Positions 56,371 to 64,000 of a stretch of 64,000 nt of DNA are shown here, piece by piece; the stretch's first letter is position 1, and each line of letters starts with the position of its first letter. The translations under genes were made by a program, and so were the position numbers. This stretch comes from a bacterium (GTDB taxonomy: Bacteria; Patescibacteriota; Minisyncoccia; Phycocordibacterales; Zambryskibacteraceae), in contig JAUSGI010000004.1 in the NCBI GenBank assembly GCA_030649135.1, positions 1 to 64,000 on the forward strand. Direction: 5' to 3'. The notes beneath the pieces are model-generated. The model worked only from the letters and a program-made list of their open reading frames with translations. It ran no database searches and had not been told where the DNA came from.

Positions 56371-56479
56371 TATACTTGCATTAAATTTTTATTCCTGTAA
56401 GGTATTTCTCCATAAGGTCAAAGACAGTAGGCATCCATAAGCCCTACCGAGACTAAACCACTCTGGCCTTATTAAATTA

Positions 56480-56968
56480 ATGGCCATTTCGAAAGCCAAA
56501 AAGGGAGAAGTGCTCACGAAGCTTAAGGCGGCCTTCAAAAGTGCCAAGTCTTTGGTGTTCATTAACTTTAAGGGCTTGAATGTGGCCAATGCCACTCAAA
56601 TGCGCCGTGCTCTCAAAAGTGAAGGTATTTCTTACACGGTTGCCAAAAAGACTCTAACCAACTTAGCGCTTGAGGGAGAGAAGTTTCAGGGCACAGCACC
56701 AGTGCTCGAAGGTGAGTTAGCTCTTGCGTGGGGAGAAGACTTGGTGGCTCCGGCTCGCGGAGTTTATGGTTTCCAGAAAAAGTTTCCGGAGAGTCTCAAG
56801 ATTATGGGTGGAGTCTTCGAAGGTCGTTTTATGACGGCAGTCGAAATGGAGGAGATTGCCCAGATTCCTACGCTCGAGGTGCTTCGCGGCAAGTTCGTCA
56901 ATATTATTAATTCCCCGATACAGCGCTTTGTGATTGGGCTTAATGAAATTAGTAAGATTAAGAGTTAA
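56480..56968 (+). CDS. rplJ: Ribosomal protein L10
   Basis: MAISKAKKGEVLTKLKAAFKSAKSLVFINFKGLNVANATQMRRALKSEG… L10 pattern. Confidence 0.9.
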   Translation: MAISKAKKGEVLTKLKAAFKSAKSLVFINFKGLNVANATQMRRALKSEGISYTVAKKTLTNLALEGEKFQGTAPVLEGELALAWGEDLVAPARGVYGFQKKFPESLKIMGGVFEGRFMTAVEMEEIAQIPTLEVLRGKFVNIINSPIQRFVIGLNEISKIKS

Positions 56969-56972
56969 AAAC

Positions 56973-57386
56973 ATGGAAGATACACAAAATACAAATACCG
57001 AAATAGTTAAGGAAGTTCCTACAAAGTTCAAAAAGATTGTTGAAGAAGTTGAGACCATGTCGGTACTTGAACTCAATGAACTGGTGAAAGTTTTCGAAAA
57101 CAAGTTCGGAGTTTCTGCTACAGCTGTAGCCGCGCCCGCCTCCGCGCAAGGCTCCGGCGAGGCAATAGAAGAGAAATTGACAGCAAGCGTGGAGCTCACT
57201 AATAGCGGTGCCAACAAAATCGCCATCATCAAGGTGGTCAAAGAAGTGCTCGGCCTCGGTCTCAAAGAAGCTAAGGACCTCGTCGATGCTGCTCCCTCGA
57301 TGCTTAAAGCAGACATGAAGAAAGAAGAGGCAGAAGCGCTCAAAAAGCAGATAGAAGACGCTGGTGGTAAAGTGACGCTCAAGTAG
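56973..57386 (+). CDS. rplL: Ribosomal protein L7/L12
   Basis: …MSVLELNELVKVFENKFGVSA…AKDLVDAAP…EAEALKKQIEDAGGKVTLK; start at the internal Met 56973. Confidence 0.9.
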   Translation: MEDTQNTNTEIVKEVPTKFKKIVEEVETMSVLELNELVKVFENKFGVSATAVAAPASAQGSGEAIEEKLTASVELTNSGANKIAIIKVVKEVLGLGLKEAKDLVDAAPSMLKADMKKEEAEALKKQIEDAGGKVTLK

Positions 57387-57398
57387 TAGAATGGGCGC

Positions 57399-57956
57399 AT
57401 GAAATCCGTTTCCCACATCTTCGGCGGAGAGGCCAAAGTAAAGATTATGCGCCTGTTTATCTTTAACCCAGGTCTCACTTTTACTTCCGCTGAAGTGGCC
57501 CACCGTGCCAAAGAGAGACCTCATACGGCCCGCAAGGAACTTAGAATTCTCGCCAAGGCGGGTCTCATCAAGCGACGCACGAAGGGCTTTGCTCTCAACT
57601 CTTCCTACCTGTATCTTCCCGCGATTGAAAATTTTCTGATAGATGCCACGCCCATCACGGAGAAAGAGATAATCCAGAAAGTTTCTCGCGCCGGCAACAT
57701 CAGACTTGTCTTAATTTCCGGTGTCTTTCTACATGACCGTGATTCTCGTGTGGACATCCTCGTCGTGGGGGACCATCTCAAAGGAGCCAAACTCTTGTCG
57801 GCTATATCATCGATTGAAGCTCTCTTGGGCAAGGAGTTGCGTTATGCCGCTTTCGAGACCGCCGATTTCCGATATCGTCTGGGTATCTACGACAAGCTTA
57901 TTAGAGATATTCTGGACTACCAGCACGAGAAGATTCTTAATAAATTGGGTATTTAA
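57399..57956 (+). CDS. Hypothetical protein with N-terminal wHTH-like region (putative regulator)
   Basis: MRLFIFNPGLTFTSAEVAHRAKERPHTARKELRILAKAGLIKRR is wHTH-like; the C-terminal domain is unrecognized. Confidence 0.4.
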   Translation: MKSVSHIFGGEAKVKIMRLFIFNPGLTFTSAEVAHRAKERPHTARKELRILAKAGLIKRRTKGFALNSSYLYLPAIENFLIDATPITEKEIIQKVSRAGNIRLVLISGVFLHDRDSRVDILVVGDHLKGAKLLSAISSIEALLGKELRYAAFETADFRYRLGIYDKLIRDILDYQHEKILNKLGI

Positions 57957-57998
57957 CCCCGCTTCACCCCGCCTTGGCGGGGCAAGCGGCGGGGCAGG
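57957..57998 (+). repeat. GC-rich palindromic motif, family B, copy 3 (ccccgcttcaccccgccttggcggggcaagcggcggggcagg)
   Basis: Directly after the stop codon at 57956. Confidence 0.5.
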
Positions 57999-58116
57999 AT
58001 TATCCACACCCCAATAAACCTCGTATTTTATAGGTGTATAATGAATCGCGTACCCCTTTTAGAGTGGTCACAATTAGAAGCTAAGTGCATTTGCACAGAC
58101 ATCGAGCTAAGAATAT

Positions 58117-58815
58117 ATGTTATTAAACACATGGGGAGAAGTGCTAACCCTTTCCTTCCAGAATCTTTGGGTAGGAGTGGTTAACTTTGTCCCGAACCTT
58201 GTTATTGCTATCGTCATCCTTATCCTAGGATGGTTAGTTGGCGCGCTTATCGGCCGAGCAATTTGGCAAGTGTTCAAGTCTCTGAAAGTTGATGACGCTC
58301 TTCGCCAGGCGGGATTCGACTCTTTTGTGCGTCGTGGAGGTATTGACCTTGATTCCGGCGCGTTTGTTGGTGGTTTGGTGAAGTGGTTTGTGATAGTGAT
58401 GTTTTTAGTGGCAGCTCTGGATGTTTTAGGCCTTTCACAAGTCAACTTCTTCCTCCAAGACGTAGTACTTGGCTATTTGCCTCGTGTACTCGCTGCGGCT
58501 TTGGTTCTCTTGGTGGCTGGCGTTATCGGTGATGTCACCGGACGTGTGGTTGTCACAGCAGCTCGGACGGCAGGTATTGATTCAGCACATTTTGTGGGTG
58601 CTGTGGCCAAGTGGGCCATCTGGATTTTCGCCATTCTCGTAGCTCTTTCCCAACTGGGTATTGCTGCGGCGTTTAGTCAGACTCTCTTCACAGGCATTGT
58701 CATCGCGGTCTCTCTCGCCCTCGGTCTCTCCTTCGGTCTCGGCGGACAGGAAGCGGCATCTCGCTTCCTCGAAAAGCTTCGCGGAGAAATGAGTGGTAAA
58801 AACCACAACGGTTAA
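58117..58815 (+). CDS. Polytopic membrane protein with conserved TM-helix repeats
   Basis: Repeated hydrophobic segments with a recurring …VV.FLVAALDVLGL… pattern. Confidence 0.5.
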   Translation: MLLNTWGEVLTLSFQNLWVGVVNFVPNLVIAIVILILGWLVGALIGRAIWQVFKSLKVDDALRQAGFDSFVRRGGIDLDSGAFVGGLVKWFVIVMFLVAALDVLGLSQVNFFLQDVVLGYLPRVLAAALVLLVAGVIGDVTGRVVVTAARTAGIDSAHFVGAVAKWAIWIFAILVALSQLGIAAAFSQTLFTGIVIAVSLALGLSFGLGGQEAASRFLEKLRGEMSGKNHNG

Positions 58816-58861
58816 CCTCGAGGTATTACTTAGCTAGATAATACCCGGATAATCTGTAGGG

Positions 58862-58890
58862 AAGAGCCCGTTTTCGGGCTCTTTTCTGTT
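58862..58890 (+). terminator. Intrinsic terminator (aagagcccg-tttt-cgggctctt plus ttctgtt)
   Basis: Stem plus T-tract after the membrane-protein gene. Confidence 0.7.
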
Positions 58891-58893
58891 CTA

Positions 58894-58922
58894 TTGACTT
58901 TTAAACCTCATTGTGATATGAT
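58894..58922 (+). promoter_or_regulatory. Sigma70-type promoter TTGACT-17-TATGAT for the 58997 ORF
   Basis: TTGACTtttaaacctcattgtgaTATGAT. Confidence 0.55.
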
Positions 58923-58996
58923 TAGGGCAGGATGGGCATTGGCCCATAAGACGATCTTCGTTTACTACCTTCAAGGCTACACCTTAGGAGAGTGTC

Positions 58997-59506
58997 ATGA
59001 GCGTAGTGGAGAAAGCCGAACTCTCGCCAATCCTGGGTAGCGTACCGGTCGTGATGTTTTTCTTCAACGTCACCGACAAGAGGCTCGTGCCTTGGTGGGC
59101 GAAGACCGTGTCGGGCCTCGAGCAGAAGCCGGCCACCGAAGGTCAGCCCTCCGGTGTCGAGTTGATCAGGGGCAAGCACGTGAATCTCTATTCCGTTCTC
59201 GACGAGATCGGAGAGCAGGGATTCATTCCGGTCCGGCTCCTCGTCATCGAGAGGGGTCAAGGTAGGGTTCGTATGGCCCTGGTGTGCGTTCACTCGGATC
59301 ACCTGAAAGAGGGCGATCGACGGATGCCCCGGAGAGAGGAAGCTGATGTACGGGGGCTTCTCAAGAAGCTCTGGGACGTTCGGGTTCATCGTAACCCGGG
59401 CGAGCACGGAGGGAACTTCATCATCGGGTGTGCCTACCCGGCGATGGGGAATTCCAGGGGCAAGCTGCTCGTCGCCGACGGGCAGTTCCGGTTGGAGACG
59501 AAGTAG
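58997..59506 (+). CDS. GC-rich hypothetical protein (cassette upstream of rpsS)
   Basis: SD TAGGAGAG before the ATG; a terminator follows. No recognized domain. Confidence 0.45.
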   Translation: MSVVEKAELSPILGSVPVVMFFFNVTDKRLVPWWAKTVSGLEQKPATEGQPSGVELIRGKHVNLYSVLDEIGEQGFIPVRLLVIERGQGRVRMALVCVHSDHLKEGDRRMPRREEADVRGLLKKLWDVRVHRNPGEHGGNFIIGCAYPAMGNSRGKLLVADGQFRLETK

Positions 59507-59517
59507 CTGTGAGGTCT

Positions 59518-59560
59518 GGACCGGGGGCGCAACGCGCGCTCCCGGTCCTTTACTTTTTAC
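59518..59560 (+). terminator. Intrinsic terminator (ggaccggg…cccggtcc plus tttactttttac)
   Basis: GC stem plus T-tract. Confidence 0.65.
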
Positions 59561-59613
59561 GTTGATTTATATACTATATCCCGCATAGCTCGCTCGAGCT
59601 TTTTCATTTAATA

Positions 59614-59955
59614 ATGACCAGGTCATCTAAAAAAGGTCCATACGTCGACCCTCGAGTACTCAAGAAGTTAGAGGGCAAAAGCCCCACGACCGCTGGGGTT
59701 ATAAAGACGTGGTCGAGGGCCTGCCAAATTGCTCCGGAGATGGTTGGTTTTACCTTCGGGGTTCATAATGGTAAGGACCACGTAGCGGTGTTTGTCAGCG
59801 AAGACATGGTCGGACATCGCCTTGGCGAGTTTTCGCTAACGCGCAAATTTACAAGACACGGCGGTAGAATGCAGAAGGACCTTGAACAGAAGCAAAAGGA
59901 GTCCGAAATTGCTGCCGCTAAGGCAGTCAAGGGTGCGGCGGAATCAAAGAAGTAG
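59614..59955 (+). CDS. rpsS: Ribosomal protein S19 (with C-terminal extension)
   Basis: …[13 protein letters not shown]…[44 protein letters not shown]…. Confidence 0.9.
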   Translation: MTRSSKKGPYVDPRVLKKLEGKSPTTAGVIKTWSRACQIAPEMVGFTFGVHNGKDHVAVFVSEDMVGHRLGEFSLTRKFTRHGGRMQKDLEQKQKESEIAAAKAVKGAAESKK

Positions 59956-59980
59956 ATTCAAGATTTAGAATTTAAGATTT

Positions 59981-60316
59981 ATGAATGAAGCAACAGCACA
60001 ACTTAATAACTACCGACAATCTCCACGCAAGGTGCGTTTAGTGGTGGATACTCTGCGTGGCAAAAAAATAGAGGAAGCAATTACTCTACTCTCGTTTATC
60101 CCAAGGCGTTCCGCCCTGCCACTTCAGAAACTTTTGACCTCGGCTTTGGCAAATGCCAAAGACCTTGCTTTGCCTACGGAAGATTTAATTGTCAAAGAGA
60201 TTAGAGTTGATGCCGGTGGCACCCTTTACCGCCGCCGCCCGCGTTCGAAAGGTATGGCCAACCCGATTCGTAAAAGGACGTCGCGTATTCGCGTAACGCT
60301 TGCTCCCAAGAAATAA
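59981..60316 (+). CDS. rplV: Ribosomal protein L22
   Basis: …YRQSPRKVRLVVDTLRGKKIEEAITLLSF…ANAKDLA…. Confidence 0.9.
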   Translation: MNEATAQLNNYRQSPRKVRLVVDTLRGKKIEEAITLLSFIPRRSALPLQKLLTSALANAKDLALPTEDLIVKEIRVDAGGTLYRRRPRSKGMANPIRKRTSRIRVTLAPKK

Positions 60317-60317
60317 T

Positions 60318-60974
60318 ATGACACACACAGTACATCCATATTCACATCGTCTTGGTATCCTGCGGGATTGGAAATCGCGTTGGTTTGCGCCGAAGGGTAA
60401 ATACAAATACATTTTGCGTGGTGATATTTTGATTAGGCAATATTTGGAGAAGAAACTTAAAGGATTTTTCGTGGCCGATGTTGAAATAGAGAGAAGTGAG
60501 AAGTCCTTGCGCATTATTGTCAGCTCCTCTCGTCCGGGCATGATTATCGGCCGTCAAGGTGACGGCGCGGAATTGCTTCGTAAAGAAATTAAGTCATTCC
60601 TTTTGAAACATAAATTACTTGAGGAAAAAGTGGACGTCAGGCTCGACATCAAAGAAATTAAATCGGCCGAGACCAATGCCGCCATCGTGTCGCAGATGAT
60701 AGTCGAGGGATTGGAGAAACGTTTGCCGTTCAGAAGGGTGATGAAGCAGATGCTTGAGAAGGTCATGGCTAATCGCGACGTGCTCGGGGTGCGAATCTTT
60801 CTGGCTGGCCGCTTGGGTGGTGCCACTATGAGCCGCACGGAAGACCGCAAGCTCGGCCGTATTCCTTTGCAGACTCTGCGCGCTGATGTTGACTACGCTC
60901 TTACCAAAGCAGTAATGCCCTACGGCACTATTGGGGTCAAGGTTTGGATATATAAAGGCGATATATTTAAATAA
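60318..60974 (+). CDS. rpsC: Ribosomal protein S3
   Basis: MTHTVHPYSHRLGILRDWKSRWFA… plus a KH domain (…RPGMIIGRQG…). Confidence 0.9.
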   Translation: MTHTVHPYSHRLGILRDWKSRWFAPKGKYKYILRGDILIRQYLEKKLKGFFVADVEIERSEKSLRIIVSSSRPGMIIGRQGDGAELLRKEIKSFLLKHKLLEEKVDVRLDIKEIKSAETNAAIVSQMIVEGLEKRLPFRRVMKQMLEKVMANRDVLGVRIFLAGRLGGATMSRTEDRKLGRIPLQTLRADVDYALTKAVMPYGTIGVKVWIYKGDIFK

Positions 60975-60975
60975 C

Positions 60976-61392
60976 ATGCTCTTTCCCAAAAAAGTTAAAC
61001 ATCGAAAGTGGCACACCATGCGAAGGAATCCATCGAGGGTCTCCGTGGCCACTCGTGGACTCTCGGTAGCGTTCGGCTCGTATGGATTGAAGGCACTCGG
61101 CTCCGCTCGTATCCGCTCCAATCAAATTGAATCTTCGAGGAAAGTCTTATCTCGCTCTGTAGGTAAGACCGGTCGCTTCTGGATTCGAATTTTCCCGGAC
61201 ATGCCTTATACCACCAAGCCTGCGGAAGTGAAGCTCGGTAAGGGCAAGGGAGATTTGGCAGGTTATGCGGCGCCGGTTCTCCCCGGTAGAATCATTTTTG
61301 AGGTAGACGGTATCAGCGAGGTAGATGCCCGGGAAGCGCTTCGTAAAGCGGGTACTAAACTACCGGTCAAGACTAAAGTAGTAGCCAGATAG
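60976..61392 (+). CDS. rplP: Ribosomal protein L16
   Basis: MLFPKKVKHRKWH…GRFWIRIFPD…. Confidence 0.9.
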   Translation: MLFPKKVKHRKWHTMRRNPSRVSVATRGLSVAFGSYGLKALGSARIRSNQIESSRKVLSRSVGKTGRFWIRIFPDMPYTTKPAEVKLGKGKGDLAGYAAPVLPGRIIFEVDGISEVDAREALRKAGTKLPVKTKVVAR

Positions 61393-61416
61393 TTCGACAA
61401 GCTCACCATAAATAAT

Positions 61417-61599
61417 ATGAAGAAAACTATCTACATCGGCAAATCAAAACAGGATTTGGTAAAAGCCCTCGGAGAGAGGCGAGAAATTTTGCGTAAACTA
61501 AGATTCGGAGCTTCCGGTTCCAAGACCCGCAATGTGAAAGAAGGTATGGTTATCAGAAAAGATATTGCCCGTATCATGACTGAACTTAATAAAGCGTAA
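61417..61599 (+). CDS. rpmC: Ribosomal protein L29
   Basis: …KSKQDLVKALGERREILRKLRF…. Confidence 0.85.
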   Translation: MKKTIYIGKSKQDLVKALGERREILRKLRFGASGSKTRNVKEGMVIRKDIARIMTELNKA

Positions 61600-61600
61600 T

Positions 61601-61849
61601 ATGGAAACTGACAAAACAAAAAAGCCCCAAATTTTTTCCGGCACGGTAGTCTCGGATAAAATGAAAGACACTATCGTGGTCTCGGTCGAGCGCTATGAAA
61701 AACATCCCCGATATTCCAAATTCATCAGGCGACGTAAGAAATTCAAGGTGCATGACGCTGGTAATACCGCCAAGGTGGGTGATAAAGTACAAATCATCGC
61801 TACTAGGCCGATATCGAAGGATAAAAGTTTCAAATTGTTAACTTCCTAA
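61601..61849 (+). CDS. rpsQ: Ribosomal protein S17
   Basis: …FSGTVVSDKMKDTIVVSVERYEKHPRYSKFIRRRKKFKVHD…. Confidence 0.9.
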   Translation: METDKTKKPQIFSGTVVSDKMKDTIVVSVERYEKHPRYSKFIRRRKKFKVHDAGNTAKVGDKVQIIATRPISKDKSFKLLTS

Positions 61850-61852
61850 GCC

Positions 61853-62224
61853 ATGATTCAACCACAATCCATTGTGCAAATAGCAGACAATTCCGGGGCA
61901 AAACTCGGTCGCGTTTTCAAGGTGCTTGGAAGCTCAAAAAAACGCTACGCTTCCATCGGAGAGCTGGTGGTGCTCTCGGTTCAAAAGGCCGAACCCAGGA
62001 AGCTGGTAAAGAAAAAGGATATTCTTTACGGGATAGTGGTGAGACAAAGGGCGCCTTTCCGACGCAAGGATGGTACGTATGTACGTTTTGACGAAAATGC
62101 CGTGGTTATCCTGGATAGTACCAAAAAGGAGCCAATGGCGGGCCGAGTTTTCGGCCCGGTACCCAGAGAAATTGGCGAAATGGGATTCCAGAAAATTATT
62201 TCTTTAGCGCCGGAAGTAGTTTAA
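61853..62224 (+). CDS. rplN: Ribosomal protein L14
   Basis: [17 protein letters not shown]…; full-length L14. Confidence 0.95.
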   Translation: MIQPQSIVQIADNSGAKLGRVFKVLGSSKKRYASIGELVVLSVQKAEPRKLVKKKDILYGIVVRQRAPFRRKDGTYVRFDENAVVILDSTKKEPMAGRVFGPVPREIGEMGFQKIISLAPEVV

Positions 62225-62229
62225 ATATC

Positions 62230-62454
62230 ATGCATGTAAAAAAGGGAGACAACGTAATAGTTTTAACGGGAAAAGATAAAGGTAAGATTGGTAAAATCTT
62301 GCGCGCCTTTCCAAAACAAGACCAAGTGCTGGTGGAAGGGGTGAATACCAAAAAGGTTCACGAACGGCCGAAAAAGAGTGGCGCCAAAGGTACCATTATC
62401 GAAAAGAATTTTCCCATTCACGTCTCTAATGTAAAAATCCATGGAAAATCTTAG
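62230..62454 (+). CDS. rplX: Ribosomal protein L24
   Basis: [24 protein letters not shown]… KOW motif. Confidence 0.9.
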   Translation: MHVKKGDNVIVLTGKDKGKIGKILRAFPKQDQVLVEGVNTKKVHERPKKSGAKGTIIEKNFPIHVSNVKIHGKS

Positions 62455-62953
62455 AGAAAAATCAAAAACGATTCCGGGTTATAAAAACCCCATGCAGGCG
62501 CCACGAGTTTTGAAGGTGGTGGTCTCTTCCGGAGTCGGTTCATTTAAAGACAAGAACAAATTTAAAGTAGTGGAAGACCGTCTGGCGCGTATTACCGGAC
62601 AGAAAGCAGCCCCACGAGGAGCTAAAATTTCGATCGCTACTTTCAAATCTCGACAAGGAGACATTGTGGGCTACCAAGTAACTTTGCGTGGCAAGCGTAT
62701 GTACGATTTTTTGGACAGATTAGTACATCTTGCCCTTCCGCGCACCAAAGACTTCCGTGGTATTTCCCCGAACGCTGTTGATGAGATGGGCAATTATACT
62801 TTGGGTATCAAAGAACACAACATTTTTCCCGAAACTTCCGACGAAGAGCTTAAAGACGTCTTCGGTCTCGCTGTGACCATCGTCACTACCGCCAAGTCCA
62901 AAGAAGAAGTGCTCGCTTTCCTTGCCCATCTCGGTTTCCCGTTCAAGAAGTAG
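62441..62953 (+). CDS. rplE: Ribosomal protein L5
   Basis: …[15 protein letters not shown]…; full-length L5. Confidence 0.95.
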   Translation: MENLREKSKTIPGYKNPMQAPRVLKVVVSSGVGSFKDKNKFKVVEDRLARITGQKAAPRGAKISIATFKSRQGDIVGYQVTLRGKRMYDFLDRLVHLALPRTKDFRGISPNAVDEMGNYTLGIKEHNIFPETSDEELKDVFGLAVTIVTTAKSKEEVLAFLAHLGFPFKK

Positions 62954-62991
62954 AAGTTATCTACATTATATAAAATAGAAAAATCCCCGCG

Positions 62992-63019
62992 CACAGTGCT
63001 CTGTGCGCGGGGGTCTGAA
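62992..63019. terminator. Perfect 12-bp stem hairpin (ccccgcgcacag-tgct-ctgtgcgcgggg). The T-tract is on the minus strand, so it terminates the 63034-63630 gene and is possibly bidirectional after rplE.
   Basis: Seen directly; minus strand continues …GGGGATTTTTCTATTTT. Confidence 0.75.
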
Positions 63020-63033
63020 ATTGTGACGGATAG

Positions 63034-63630
63034 CTATGAGTCCGACAGGATGCGAACATCCGCTTCTGCCGTCGGGCCCTTTTGTGTCAGGAAAGCGATG
63101 GCGCGGGCGAGTAACGCCGGGCTGTCCCGGAACATGGATAGTCCCATGTTGCAGAGCTTGCAGAGCAATGCCATTCTTCTCGCGCCGTAGTGCGCCGCCC
63201 CATAGAGCGAAAGTGGCAATGCCTGCCCAATCTCATCGCATGAGGTTTCGGGCTGGCTGCAGATCGCGCACCGACCACCCTGCTTCTTGAAGAGTTCATT
63301 GTAGTGACCGTTCATTTTCACGGCAGGGTGCGGATGGGTCTGCGCAAGTGGCGGAGCTGCTGATATGACAGCAGGCAATCCCGTGCTCACACCATCGTGG
63401 AGCTTGCAGTTTTGTCTGGTCCTGATGCTACCCCCATATGGGTATGTCCCAAACTCCTCGATTGGCCTGTTTTCTCCGCACTCCTTGCAAGGTCTTGTTT
63501 CCATACCAACCTGCTTTCCTTCCTGAACGTGAAGGTTGCAATCTCGCTGTGCACGACCTCCCGCACCAAGCTTGAAACTGTCCAATGGCCTCATTTTCTC
63601 GCACTTAATGCAGTATCTTTTCCCTCCCAT
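63034..63630 (-). CDS. GC-rich endonuclease VII-like (phage recombination endonuclease family) Zn-finger protein with degenerate catalytic motif
   Basis: C-terminal QGGRCAICSQPE…MALLCKLCNMGLSMFRDSPALLARAIAFL aligns with the Endo VII core QGGxCAICGxxE…GLLCxxCNxGLGxFxDDPxLLxxAIxYL. Two N-terminal Cx2C…CxLH repeats. The expected HVDHDH box is replaced by LSLYGAAHYG. SD AAGGGAG before the ATG. Confidence 0.6.
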   Translation of the reverse strand: MGGKRYCIKCEKMRPLDSFKLGAGGRAQRDCNLHVQEGKQVGMETRPCKECGENRPIEEFGTYPYGGSIRTRQNCKLHDGVSTGLPAVISAAPPLAQTHPHPAVKMNGHYNELFKKQGGRCAICSQPETSCDEIGQALPLSLYGAAHYGARRMALLCKLCNMGLSMFRDSPALLARAIAFLTQKGPTAEADVRILSDS

Positions 63631-63795
63631 GCCATGCTCCCTTCTTTAGGGACGGCAACCAATATGGTCGTCTGAACTTGAGTCTGGCGCGAATCCTACA
63701 TTGTGTCCACGGGTATGGCAAGTCTAAGGTTTGACAATACCCCTTTCAGTTGATAAGCTGAAACGCGAGCTTTTCGAAGCTTTTTTAGTTTAATT

Positions 63796-63981
63796 ATGGC
63801 CAAAACGTCAGTTATTGCTCGGTCGAAAAAGAAGCCCAAGTTCTCCACTAGGGCGACTTCACGCTGTTTCCGTTGCGGCAGGGGCCGCGGTTACATGCGC
63901 GACTTCGACCTTTGTCGTATCTGCTTTCGGGAGCTTGCCAATGAAGGTAAGATTCCGGGTGTAAAAAAGTCTTCTTGGTAA
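63796..63981 (+). CDS. rpsN: Ribosomal protein S14 type Z (Zn-binding)
   Basis: …[26 protein letters not shown]… with C4 zinc ribbon; 61 aa. Confidence 0.9.
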   Translation: MAKTSVIARSKKKPKFSTRATSRCFRCGRGRGYMRDFDLCRICFRELANEGKIPGVKKSSW

Positions 63982-64000
63982 TTTCATATGGATACGATTT

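Overview
The window is 64 kb from a small-genome, low-GC bacterium. Gene content (NusA, RNase Y, ClpP, HU, a type IV pilus module, ComEC, a long ribosomal-protein run with EF-G/EF-Tu, few or no biosynthetic genes) suggests a CPR/Patescibacteria-like lineage; this is inference. The left edge carries the 3' end of a tyrosine recombinase, an acidic ORF and a Doc/Fic-family toxin directly upstream of nusA. Housekeeping genes present include ppa, clpP, rny, hup, cca, xth, tpiA, pgk, recJ, rnhA, sodA and purB. A tRNA array lies next to cca: Arg(TCG) on the minus strand, then Gly(GCC), three consecutive tRNA-Pro isoacceptors (CGG, TGG, GGG; each with C1:G72) and Gly(TCC); a short direct repeat of the tRNA-Gly 3' end follows 160 bp downstream. 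Two paralogous giant PKD/CARDB-like surface proteins share a roughly 580-bp near-identical 3' repeat and sit upstream of a type IV pilus locus (pilB, an IVS four-helix-bundle gene, pilC, three prepilins, a PilX-like protein). The right third is an rpsL-rpsG-fusA-tuf-S10-spc ribosomal superoperon that is rearranged (rplJ-rplL plus two other genes lie between rplB and rpsS) and repeatedly interrupted. The most unusual signal is a dispersed set of at least seven GC-rich gene cassettes, judged by eye, sitting in intergenic spacers; the clearest ones lie between fusA and tuf, between rplB and rplJ, before rpsS, and between rplE and rpsN. Most have their own near-consensus sigma70 promoter (TTGAC[GAT]-17-TATAAT or TATGAT), a GGAGG-type Shine-Dalgarno and an intrinsic terminator. 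Two of them encode phage-type nuclease-like proteins: an endonuclease VII-like protein with a degenerate catalytic motif, and an HNH-like Zn-finger protein. Two families of GC-rich palindromic intergenic repeats recur across the window. All GC statements are visual estimates, not computed values.
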